A stretch of 64,000 nucleotides of DNA from NCBI GenBank assembly GCA_040005235.1, contig JBDTZG010000003.1, positions 1-64,000 on the forward strand, written 5' to 3'. The translations under genes and the position numbers were made by a program. Of this stretch, positions 47,220-56,407 are shown piece by piece. The notes beneath the pieces were generated by a model, which was given only the letters and a program-made list of their open reading frames with translations, was not told the origin of the DNA and did no database searches. The stretch comes from Acidobacteriota bacterium (GTDB taxonomy: Bacteria; Acidobacteriota; Thermoanaerobaculia; Multivoradales; UBA5704). The stretch's first letter is position 1. The number at the start of each line of letters is the position of its first letter.

Positions 47220-48968
47220 TTGAGCCAATCGAACCGACCCAAGAATCCTGCTTCGGATCGCCTGCCGTCCGATACCTCCCAACTCACCCGGCGCACCCTC
47301 CTCGCCGGGGGTGTTGCGGCCGGGGTTTCTACGGCGATGCTCGGCGCGAAAGCTCCGTCGGCGGCCGGCGCCCCAACCGGCGGCCCTTCGGCCGTCCCCC
47401 TCAAAGTGCCGCCGTTCGAGCTGGAAGAGGCGACGATCGCCGCGCTCGGAGACGCGATGGCCTCGGGGCGGCGGACGTCTCAGGATCTCGTCCGCCTCTA
47501 CCTCCGGCGGATCGAGGAGATCGACCGGTCGGGACCCGCGCTCCACGCGGTGATCGAGCTGAACCCGGACGCCCTCGCGATCGCCGAGGAGATGGATCGT
47601 GAAAGAAAGCAAAAAGGGCCGCGTGGGCCGCTTCATGGAATGCCGGTCCTGATCAAGGACAACATCGCGACGGAGGACCGGATGGAAACGACCGCCGGCT
47701 CGCTCGCGCTGGTCGGCGCCCGGCCCGCCGCCGACGCCTTCCTCGTCTCGCGGCTGCGTGCGGCGGGCGCGGTGATCCTGGGCAAGACCAACCTTTCCGA
47801 ATGGGCGAACTTCCGCTCGACCCGTTCCAGCTCCGGCTGGAGCGGGCGCGGCGGTCAGACCAAGAACCCGTACGTCCTCGACCGCACTCCTTCCGGTTCC
47901 AGCTCGGGAACCGGAGCGGGAATCGCCGCGAGCCTCGCCGCGGCGGGCATCGGCACCGAGACGGACGGTTCGATCGTCTCCCCCGCCTCGGCGAACGGGC
48001 TGGTCGGCATCAAGCCGACCGTCGGCCGGGTCAGCCGATCGGGCGTGATCCCGATCTCGTCGAGCCAGGACACGCCGGGGCCGATGGCGCGAACGGTGGC
48101 CGACGCGGCGCTCCTGCTCGCCGCCATCACGGGAAGCGATCCGAACGATCCGGCGACCGTGCCTTTGTCCGGCGGCTCTCCGGCGCTCGGTGACATCTCC
48201 GCCCTGCTCGATCCCCAAGGACTTTCCGGCGCGCGATTGGGCGTCGTCCGCAGCCAGGGTTTCGGCCGCCATCCGGCGGTCGATCTCGCGATCGAAGCGG
48301 CGATCGAAGCGATGCGGAAAGCCGGCGCCGTGGTGGTCGATCCGGTCGAGCTCGTCTGGTCGCAGGAGATCCGCGACGCCGAAACCATCGTGCTCCAATA
48401 CGAGTTCAAGGACGGCTTGGACAAGTACCTCGCGGCGCTCGGAACCGCCACGCCGGTCAAGTCGCTCCGCGAGCTGATCGACTGGAATCTGAAGAACCTG
48501 GACCGCGAAATGCCCTGGTTCGGGCAAGAAACCTTCGAGGCCTCGGCCGCCCGCGGACCGCTCACCGACGAGGCGTATCAGAAGGCCAGGGCAAAATGCA
48601 TCGAAAGCGCCCGCACTTTGGGCCTCGAAGCCACCTTCGCGAAAGACCGGCTCGACGCCATCGTCACGCCCACGAGCGGCCCGGCCGGACCGATCGACTG
48701 GCTCCACGGCGACCGGCCGGTCGGCGGCACCGCGGCGCTCGCGGCCATCTCCGGCTGGCCCAGCATCTCCGTGCCAGCCGGCTTCGCCCTCGGCCTGCCG
48801 TTCGGGATCTCGTTCACGGGACCGGCCTGGAGCGAAGGCAAGCTCGTCCGCATCGCCTACGCGTTCGAACAGATCACGAAAGTCCGCCGCGCCCCGCGAT
48901 ACCTGCCGACGCTCGATACCAGCCAGGAACATACGCCGCTCCCGCCGGTGCCGAAGAAGGCGGCGTGA
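47220..48968 (+). CDS. Amidase (amidase signature) with Tat-like signal; start uncertain
   Basis: TRRTLL; IKDNI, GKTNLSEWAN, GSSSG, GTETDGSIVSP. Confidence 0.9.
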   Translation: MSQSNRPKNPASDRLPSDTSQLTRRTLLAGGVAAGVSTAMLGAKAPSAAGAPTGGPSAVPLKVPPFELEEATIAALGDAMASGRRTSQDLVRLYLRRIEEIDRSGPALHAVIELNPDALAIAEEMDRERKQKGPRGPLHGMPVLIKDNIATEDRMETTAGSLALVGARPAADAFLVSRLRAAGAVILGKTNLSEWANFRSTRSSSGWSGRGGQTKNPYVLDRTPSGSSSGTGAGIAASLAAAGIGTETDGSIVSPASANGLVGIKPTVGRVSRSGVIPISSSQDTPGPMARTVADAALLLAAITGSDPNDPATVPLSGGSPALGDISALLDPQGLSGARLGVVRSQGFGRHPAVDLAIEAAIEAMRKAGAVVVDPVELVWSQEIRDAETIVLQYEFKDGLDKYLAALGTATPVKSLRELIDWNLKNLDREMPWFGQETFEASAARGPLTDEAYQKARAKCIESARTLGLEATFAKDRLDAIVTPTSGPAGPIDWLHGDRPVGGTAALAAISGWPSISVPAGFALGLPFGISFTGPAWSEGKLVRIAYAFEQITKVRRAPRYLPTLDTSQEHTPLPPVPKKAA

Positions 48969-49186
48969 CGCGCTATCTGAGCTAGAGGCGGGGTGAGGTT
49001 GGCGAGCTCGGCGCAGCTCGCGGCGTGATCCTTCGCGGGCCAGCAGGACACCTACCTGAACGTCGTCGGGTCGGCGGCGATCCTTGAACACGTCAGCTGC
49101 TCTAACTCCGGGTTCAGGTTTGACCGACGCGCTCCCGATTGCACATCATGCGCTCCTGACCCAGCTTGGCCCCGAGGAGTCCCTCC

Positions 49187-51169
49187 ATGCGCCGAATCGT
49201 GATCGCCCTGCTGTTCGCCCCATCCATTTCGGCCTTCGGCCTCACCGCCGAAGAACCGGTTCCGATCCCCTCCGCGCTCGTGGCCGACGGCCTGCCGCCC
49301 GTGTCGCGCGCCCTCGCCGCCGAGGTGGCCCGCTATACGGAATTCCGCAGTGCGAGCTTCGTCGATTGGCACCCGGTGGAGCCTCAGATGTTGATCTCCA
49401 CCCGATTCGGCAACACCCAGCAGATCCATCGGGTCAAAAGTCCGGGGGGAGACCGCACCCAGCTGACTTTCGCCGCGGAGCCGGTGGTCAGTGCCACGTA
49501 TGAACCGAAGGCCGGTAGGTACCTGGTGTTCCAGAAAGACCAGGGCGGCGACGAGTTTTCTCAGATCTACCGCCAGGACCTCGCCGACGGTCGCATCACC
49601 CTGCTCACCGACGGCGGCCACTCGCAGAACAACGGCGTCAAGTGGAGCCGCGCGGGGGACCGCATCGGCTACAACTCGACGCGCCGAAACGGCGCCGACA
49701 GCGATCTGTACGTGATGGATCCGCTGCACCCGCAATTGGACCGCCGGGTGCTCACAATCCAGGGCGGCGGCTGGTCGGTGTCCGACTGGTCGCCCGACGA
49801 CCGGCGGCTGCTGGCGGTCGAAGGGGTCTCGATCAACGAAACCCGCCTCTGGTCGGTCGACGTGAACGACGGGACGAAGAGCCGCGTCTCTCCCGAAGGC
49901 GCCGAACCGACGGTCTGGCGTTCGGCGCTGTTTCACCCCGACGGCAAGCGGGCCTACGTTCTCACCGACCGCGACGCGGAGGTCGCCTACCTCGCCCTGC
50001 TCGACCTGGCGACCGGCAAGGTCCAACGGGTAAGCGCGGAGCGTTCCTGGGAGGTCGAAGGCTTCGACCTGTCGCGCGACGGCGCCATCCTCGCCTTTAC
50101 GGTCAATGAGGAGGGGCTGTCGAAGCTGTTCCTGCTCGACACGAAAAGCGGCGTCGAGCGCGAGGTCGCCGCGGTGCCGGTGGGCGTGATCGGCCGGATC
50201 GTCTTCCACCCCGACGGCAAGCTGCTCGCCTTCTCGGTCGGAAACTCCGCCGCTCCGAGCGACGTCTATGCCCTGGACACGAGCACCGGCGCCGTCTCCC
50301 GGTGGACCGAAAGCGAGACCGGCGGCGTGATTCTCGCCCTCCCCGACCCGGAGGTGGTGCGCTGGAAGAGCTTCGATGAGCGCGAGATCAGCGGTTTCCT
50401 TTACCGCCCGGCGCCGCGCTTCTCCGGCAAGCGACCCGTGCTGGTGATCATCCATGGCGGACCGGAGGGGCAATCGCGTCCCACCTTCATGAGCCGATGG
50501 AGCTACCTGCTCGATCAGCTCGGAGTGGCGCTCTTGGAACCCAATGTCCGCGGCTCGACCGGCTACGGCAAAACGTTCGTCAAGCTCGACAACGGAATGG
50601 CCCGCGACGGCGCGGTGGCGGACGTCGGCGCGCTGCTCGACTGGATCGGCCGCCAACCCGACCTCGACGCCTCGCGCCTGATGGTCTACGGCGGCAGCTA
50701 CGGCGGCTTCATGTCGCTCTCCTCGGCGACTCACTTCTCCGACCGGTTACGCGGCGCGATCGACGTGGTGGGAATCTCGAACCTCGGCACCTTCCTCGAC
50801 CACACCGAGGACTACCGCCGCGACCTCCGGCGGGTCGAATACGGCGACGAGCGCGACCCTAAGATGCGCGCCTATTTCGACCGGACCGCACCGCTCGCCA
50901 ACGCCGGCAAGATCACCAAGCCGCTGTTCGTCATCCAAGGCGCCAACGACCCGCGCGTACCGCGAGGCGAAGCCGAGCAGATCGTGGCCGCGACGCGCAA
51001 GAACAACGTCCCCGTCTGGTACCTGCTCGGGACCAACGAGGGCCACGGATTCAACAAGAAAGAGAACCAGGACTACCAGTTCTTCGCCATGGTCGAGTTC
51101 CTACGGAGGTACCTGCTGGCCGATCCGGAGGCGGCCACCGCAACGGCGGGGGGATCGGCGGAGCGATGA
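49187..51169 (+). CDS. S9 prolyl oligopeptidase family peptidase, secreted
   Basis: IHGGPE, GGSYGG, GANDPRV, EGHGF. Confidence 0.93.
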   Translation: MRRIVIALLFAPSISAFGLTAEEPVPIPSALVADGLPPVSRALAAEVARYTEFRSASFVDWHPVEPQMLISTRFGNTQQIHRVKSPGGDRTQLTFAAEPVVSATYEPKAGRYLVFQKDQGGDEFSQIYRQDLADGRITLLTDGGHSQNNGVKWSRAGDRIGYNSTRRNGADSDLYVMDPLHPQLDRRVLTIQGGGWSVSDWSPDDRRLLAVEGVSINETRLWSVDVNDGTKSRVSPEGAEPTVWRSALFHPDGKRAYVLTDRDAEVAYLALLDLATGKVQRVSAERSWEVEGFDLSRDGAILAFTVNEEGLSKLFLLDTKSGVEREVAAVPVGVIGRIVFHPDGKLLAFSVGNSAAPSDVYALDTSTGAVSRWTESETGGVILALPDPEVVRWKSFDEREISGFLYRPAPRFSGKRPVLVIIHGGPEGQSRPTFMSRWSYLLDQLGVALLEPNVRGSTGYGKTFVKLDNGMARDGAVADVGALLDWIGRQPDLDASRLMVYGGSYGGFMSLSSATHFSDRLRGAIDVVGISNLGTFLDHTEDYRRDLRRVEYGDERDPKMRAYFDRTAPLANAGKITKPLFVIQGANDPRVPRGEAEQIVAATRKNNVPVWYLLGTNEGHGFNKKENQDYQFFAMVEFLRRYLLADPEAATATAGGSAER

Positions 51170-51286
51170 TCGGCGACCCGCCGGGTCTCCCGGAAGGGTC
51201 GATGCCCTCTTCCGGAATCCGGCTTTCGGACGGGGTGAACCGTGCCTCCGTGGCATAATCCACTCTCTTTCCAGGAGGCACCTTCG

Positions 51287-52189
51287 ATGCGCAAGATCGC
51301 GCCGTTTGCGGTATTTCTAGTCCTCGCACTTCTCGCCGCCACCCCTTCGTACGCCGCCGTATCAGGGAAAATCGGGCGCAAGGGGGTCACGGTCGAGGTC
51401 GTCGACGCCGTGCTCTACGAGGGGAAGGACTTTTTTGGCGACGACCCCGCCTTGATCCTCCGCCTCTCCGCGGCGAAATTCGATCATGCCGCGATCGACG
51501 AGGCGATCGACCTCGAAGGGGAGATCGACCGCCAGGTCGAAGGCCCGCCGAACGTAACGCTCGAATTCCGCATGGACGGTTCGTGGTCGGGCGGCGGCGG
51601 CTACTTCGTTCCGAACGCAACCTGCGGTTGGTGCATGGATGGTGCTCTCTCGGAGATGGCGAAGACCAAGTTCGAGAAAGATCTCCTCACGGGGACGATC
51701 AAGGTGGTCTCGGCGACCTTGAAAGACGGCGACGGCCCCGACATCGACCTCACGCTTTCGGTCCCGATCTATCGCGTCAAGGGCCTCACCGAACTGCCGA
51801 AAGGCGGCGGCGAGCCGGGGCGGGCCTACCTTGCTTGCACCGCGGCGGTCACCGAACAGGTCAAGCCCGACAAGGCCGCGTTGATCGCCGCCTGCTTCGC
51901 CAAGGACGATCGGTGGGTCGCCAACTTGAACCTCGACAACTCCGGAATGTTCCCCGACCTCGTGTCGTCCGTGCGCTATGAGATCGGACGGGGATCGATG
52001 CTCGAAGAGGTAAAGATCCTCTCGGGGCGGGTGAAAGGCAAGCGCGCCGAGCTGGAGGTCGAAGGGAAAATCTTCGACCGCTCCTCCGAGCCGCCCTCGG
52101 TCGAGCGCCATCGCGGCAAGGTATTCCTCGCCCTCACCGGCGACGGCTGGCGTCTCCGCGGCGACCGGCTCGAACAGGTCTTTGACTGA
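51287..52189 (+). CDS. Secreted hypothetical protein
   Basis: AGGAGG RBS; signal peptide. Confidence 0.75.
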   Translation: MRKIAPFAVFLVLALLAATPSYAAVSGKIGRKGVTVEVVDAVLYEGKDFFGDDPALILRLSAAKFDHAAIDEAIDLEGEIDRQVEGPPNVTLEFRMDGSWSGGGGYFVPNATCGWCMDGALSEMAKTKFEKDLLTGTIKVVSATLKDGDGPDIDLTLSVPIYRVKGLTELPKGGGEPGRAYLACTAAVTEQVKPDKAALIAACFAKDDRWVANLNLDNSGMFPDLVSSVRYEIGRGSMLEEVKILSGRVKGKRAELEVEGKIFDRSSEPPSVERHRGKVFLALTGDGWRLRGDRLEQVFD

Positions 52190-52269
52190 TCCAGAAGCCG
52201 AGCCGGCGGGATCGAACGCCTCTCCCGGAAAACCGTCTTCCGGGAAAGGCGGATCTCGAAAAGAAGCTA

Positions 52270-52668
52270 CTACTCGCTACGGTTGCGGCGCGCCCAAGCT
52301 CGGAACGAGCCGTCGGTTTCGTGGTCGTAGTAGGTCCGCTTGTGGTTGTCGGCGGCCCAGAGGGTCCACACCTCGGTGACGTAGTAGACCGGACCGTCGA
52401 AGTCGTTGCACTCGGCGCCGCCGCTCACGGTACGACCAAAAACGAGCACGTGGTCCCCCTCGTCCAGGCCTTCGACCGCGCCGGCCATCACTCGCACTTT
52501 CCCTTCGTGCTCGCGCACCAGAAGGCAGTCGCTGTCCTCGTCCCAGCTCAGGTAGCCGTCCGTGGTGAAATCCACGGCGAAGACAGCGCGCGGCAGGGCC
52601 AGGCCCGCCACCATCATCAAAATCGATCCGAACATCAGTGCAATCCGTTTACGAGCTTGGCTCTTCAT
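52270..52668 (-). CDS. Secreted hypothetical protein (OB-fold-like)
   Basis: Signal peptide ending AVFA; paired Cys. Confidence 0.65.
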   Translation of the reverse strand: MKSQARKRIALMFGSILMMVAGLALPRAVFAVDFTTDGYLSWDEDSDCLLVREHEGKVRVMAGAVEGLDEGDHVLVFGRTVSGGAECNDFDGPVYYVTEVWTLWAADNHKRTYYDHETDGSFRAWARRNRSE

Positions 52669-52853
52669 CTCTTCACCTCTCCATGGAATACGGTCGCCGG
52701 GCACGCCCGGGATCTAACAAAGGGGAACCCGAATACGACGACGGGCGATTCTACAACGCCATCGCGCCGACGCCCCCAGGAGGGCCTGAATTGCCGCACC
52801 CGCCGTACCGGCTTGCGTATCATGCGTGGTGCCGAAAGTCTCCCCCGGGAGTC

Positions 52854-54833
52854 TCAAGGACCAAGGCACACATCCGGACAAGGGCAAGTCTTGCAAACCG
52901 CGTCGTGGCATTCCTTGGCATCCGGGCACCCCCGCTCGTTGAAGCGGCAGCCTTCGATGCAATGTCGGTCGGTCGCGGAGCAGCCTTCGCAGACCGTCCC
53001 GAACCGGCATTCGACGTCACTAAAGCAAGCCGTCCCCTGGCATGCACCCTCCGCGGCTACGGAGACTCCGGCCTTGTCCGCCTCGCAGTCGGTGGGATAG
53101 GTACGTCCGTCGCAGCCGCAGACCGGGACGTACCAGAGAACGCAATGCCCTGGCGTGATCCTGCGGCATACACCGTTGCCTGCCGTTCCACAAGCCGTCT
53201 CGATCGAGTAGTTGCAGTACTGGCCCTGGGGGCAGGCAGGGCTGTTGAGGCCGCAGTTGCGAGGGGGTAGCCCGGTCTTGCACTTGCCCGCTCCGGCCGC
53301 CGCGAAAACTCCCGAGAAATCGGCCTGGACCAGTACGTGGTCGAAGATCTCGACCTCATCGATGGCGCCTTCGAAGAATAGATTGGGCACCTGAAGAGCC
53401 CCGATCAACAGGTCGCCCCCCTTGGCGCTGCCCTTCAGGTCTTGCGCCGGGAAGGTCTCGACAAGCAGGCCGTCCACGTAAAGTTTAACCTCGAGGTTGG
53501 AACCCTCGGCATCGTGGATCACGGTCGCGCCCAAGAGGTGCCACTGTCCGTCCGCCAAATTGGCGCAGCCGGTGCAGATCCCTCCGGCCGTGGCGGTGGA
53601 TACGATGCCGGTGATCGCGGTCACGATAAACCCGGGCAAGCCGTCGCCAAGGAAGAATTGGTATCCGATCGGTTCGAGGTTGAGAGGATACGGGATGGTG
53701 TTAGTGACGATCGGCTGGAAGCCGACTGCCGAGGTCCGCACCCAAGCGTCGATGGAAAAGGCGGACGGTTTCACCAGGTCGATGCCCAAACCCACGCCCG
53801 AAGACACCCGAACCAAATCCCCCTGACCGTTGAAGAGCAGGGCCCCTCCGACCCGACCCGTCACCGGGTCCGGACGTGCGATGGCGCCGTCATGCGGGCC
53901 CGACGCGTGACCGGCGATGTCCGGGGCCAGGGTCCCGGCGCTTTCGTCGAGAGGCCACCAAGCGATAGGAGTGCAACCCGGCCGGCGGCATTTACACTTG
54001 CCGGCGGACCGGGCTGCGAAGATGGCCGCAACCTCGCTCGGGATGAGAGCGCGATTGAAGAGCTCCACTTCGTCCAGAAGGCCGTCCCAGAAGCCGGACC
54101 TGCCGAAGGAACGCGCCCCCATCCGGAGCGGAAACGTATTGTCGAGCGAGCGGCCGGCATAAGCACCTGGATCAAAACGAGGTAGGACTTCGGCGCCATT
54201 CAGGTAGAAGCGGACTCCGTCGGCTTGGTCGCGGTCCACTGTCACAGCAACGTGGTACGGCATGCCCGTGCCCACGAATGCGTTCGAGACGTAATTGGTG
54301 TAGTTGTTCGCGCCGCCCGCAAGTTGGAGGCTCAGGCGCCCTTGACTGATGAAAAGGCTATAGCCTCTCGGCTCCGAGCTTCGTTTGTCCACGATGACGC
54401 GCACGCCGGTGCTCGAGGACGTCTGAATCCAGGCATCGATCGAGAAGTCGCCGATTCCGATATCCAAGAGAGAGCTGTCGGGGATCTGCACATAGTCGTC
54501 GATCCGGTCGAAGGACAGCCCGTGGTCCACGACCCCCGAGACCCGGGCGGGCCCCCCCACGAGTTTCCCGTTGTTGCCCGCGACCAGATCGAACGCGGTG
54601 GCGCCCGAATCTTCGTCGAGCGCCCACCAGGCCACGAGCTGGGACGGGGCTCCGATGCAGTTCGCGGGACTATTGTTAATAGAGCGTCCGACCCTGGGGC
54701 TGGGGTCGATCGCGGTTGGGAGCTCGGCACCTCGCAGCAGGGACGCCCCGCCGACGAGGCCTGCCGCAATGAGCGCCACGAAGAGCGGTGGAATGAGGCG
54801 AGACCGGCTTGTCTTGACGCTTCCGGGGGACAT
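52854..54833 (-). CDS. Secreted protein with two LamG domains and a Kazal-like Cys-rich C-terminus
   Basis: AWW.LDE...FSIDAW...G.LDEVE.F twice; PVCGCDGRTYPTDC. Confidence 0.85.
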   Translation of the reverse strand: MSPGSVKTSRSRLIPPLFVALIAAGLVGGASLLRGAELPTAIDPSPRVGRSINNSPANCIGAPSQLVAWWALDEDSGATAFDLVAGNNGKLVGGPARVSGVVDHGLSFDRIDDYVQIPDSSLLDIGIGDFSIDAWIQTSSSTGVRVIVDKRSSEPRGYSLFISQGRLSLQLAGGANNYTNYVSNAFVGTGMPYHVAVTVDRDQADGVRFYLNGAEVLPRFDPGAYAGRSLDNTFPLRMGARSFGRSGFWDGLLDEVELFNRALIPSEVAAIFAARSAGKCKCRRPGCTPIAWWPLDESAGTLAPDIAGHASGPHDGAIARPDPVTGRVGGALLFNGQGDLVRVSSGVGLGIDLVKPSAFSIDAWVRTSAVGFQPIVTNTIPYPLNLEPIGYQFFLGDGLPGFIVTAITGIVSTATAGGICTGCANLADGQWHLLGATVIHDAEGSNLEVKLYVDGLLVETFPAQDLKGSAKGGDLLIGALQVPNLFFEGAIDEVEIFDHVLVQADFSGVFAAAGAGKCKTGLPPRNCGLNSPACPQGQYCNYSIETACGTAGNGVCRRITPGHCVLWYVPVCGCDGRTYPTDCEADKAGVSVAAEGACQGTACFSDVECRFGTVCEGCSATDRHCIEGCRFNERGCPDAKECHDAVCKTCPCPDVCLGP

Positions 54834-55190
54834 GAGACCCTCCTTCAGAAGAGCACGAGATAGGGCTGTGGGCCTAGGTTCTTCTTAATTTTAGCTCTCC
54901 TGGAATAATTTTACAACTTTTGCACGCGAGCCGTCGCCATTCGCGCCGGAGGGCGAGAGTGCTGCGGCGAAGCTGCATTTGCGATCTCCTTTGCCGGGAA
55001 TGCCCCGCGCACGACCGGGAGACTCCTCTCGCCGTACGCGGCTTCCTCTTTCCTCGACGACCTGGGCGGCCCACGGATCTGAGAAGTTTTCTACGATCCT
55101 CCTAATACCGACGCTCCTTCCGAACGTCTTCTTCGTAGGCGGTAGGGCAGACGCTCGCCGTTCACTTCCTCTATGGAAAGGACGAAGACC

Positions 55191-55400
55191 ATGAAGCGCA
55201 AGCTCCAACTCCATCGTGACACGATCGTTCGCCTCACTCCCGTCGAGATTGAAGCCGCCCACGGCGGTCAGTTCGTCACCGTGACCCAGGATCGGAGCTG
55301 CCAGATCGGCTCCTGCGCTTGCAGCCAGCAAACCTGCGGCATCAGCTGCGGCGGAACCTGTTTCCAGCACACCTGCGTCGCTTACATCTGCAACCTCTAG
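55191..55400 (+). CDS. Putative lanthipeptide-like precursor 4
   Basis: AAGGA RBS; MKRKLQLHRDTIVRL...AHGG / core with 8 Cys and many Ser/Thr. Confidence 0.82.
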   Translation: MKRKLQLHRDTIVRLTPVEIEAAHGGQFVTVTQDRSCQIGSCACSQQTCGISCGGTCFQHTCVAYICNL

Positions 55401-55492
55401 AGGCAACGGCCGGCCGTCTGCCCCAGGGTGGGCGGCCGGGCTCCTTTGACACTCCGCTCCTCCTGGTCTAGCGTCCGCACGGGAGGAGCGAC

Positions 55493-56335
55493 ATGTCCAA
55501 GGTCCTGGTGCGGAGTTTCGGAATTTCCCTGGACGGCTTCCAGGCGGCGGCGCCACGATCTCGCTCCCAAACTCCCCGGCTCTTCCTCTTTGGCGTGATC
55601 GCCCTGGGGATCGCGGGCATCGCCTGCACCGTGGCGGCGGACCCGAAGTCTCCGTTTCTTGGAGAGTGGACGTTTCATACCAAGGGCAAGCGGAATGAGG
55701 CGCACCTTGCGCTGCTCAAAACCGGGGCTTGCCGCATGGAGCTCGGCCAGGAGCTTTACCATTCTTGCAGTTGGCTGACCGAGTCGAACGGCGAGGCGAC
55801 GATCAATTACGGGAAATATCTCTCCCTGAGCTCCGCGAGCGCCAAAGTCGGGGGCGACGAACTGACTTTCAACTTTGGAAACAACCCCGAGGCCTACTGG
55901 GTCCTCACAAGAGTCGGGTCGCAAAAGGAAACCGACGTCCTCGATTTCTTTGAGGGAGAGACGCTGGTCGAGTCGGGAGACTTGAGGCACGGAATCGCTC
56001 AGTTGATCCGGTCGGCCGACCACGGAAACTCCCGTGCGCAGAACAGCCTCGCCTGGACCTACGCGACGAGCAAGCATCCGGAGGCCCTCGATGGCAAGAA
56101 GGCCGTCGCCTACGCAGAAAAAGCCATCGCCCAGGATCCGATTTTCGCCTATGTAGACACACTCGCCGCGGCTCTGGCTCGCGACGGTCAATTCGAGCGA
56201 GCTGCGAAGACCCAAGTAGAAGCCCTTGTGCTGCTCAATCAGAGCTCATTGGGTCCAGACCTGGAGTCAATCAAAACTCGATTCAATGATCGGCTGGCGC
56301 TTTACAAAGCGGGCCAGGCCTACATCGAGCCGTAA
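55493..56335 (+). CDS. Sel1/TPR-repeat protein with a DHFR-like N-terminal stub
   Basis: AQNSLAWTYAT, VDTLAAALARDGQF; N-terminus MSKVLVRSFGISLDGF. Confidence 0.75.
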   Translation: MSKVLVRSFGISLDGFQAAAPRSRSQTPRLFLFGVIALGIAGIACTVAADPKSPFLGEWTFHTKGKRNEAHLALLKTGACRMELGQELYHSCSWLTESNGEATINYGKYLSLSSASAKVGGDELTFNFGNNPEAYWVLTRVGSQKETDVLDFFEGETLVESGDLRHGIAQLIRSADHGNSRAQNSLAWTYATSKHPEALDGKKAVAYAEKAIAQDPIFAYVDTLAAALARDGQFERAAKTQVEALVLLNQSSLGPDLESIKTRFNDRLALYKAGQAYIEP

Positions 56336-56407
56336 AGCCCCCGTAGACTACGCAGTTGACATCGCGCCCAACTCGTCGGATTACCGAAAGTGCGGGCCCC
56401 CAATCCC

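Noticed and set aside
6895-50734. Very long ORFs and extensions in the track (6895-9606, 10678-12897, the 5' extension of 43773-49091, 49052-50734 and others)
   Set aside because: Antisense or alternate-frame shadows typical of high-GC DNA; real starts were reassigned from RBS and protein motifs.
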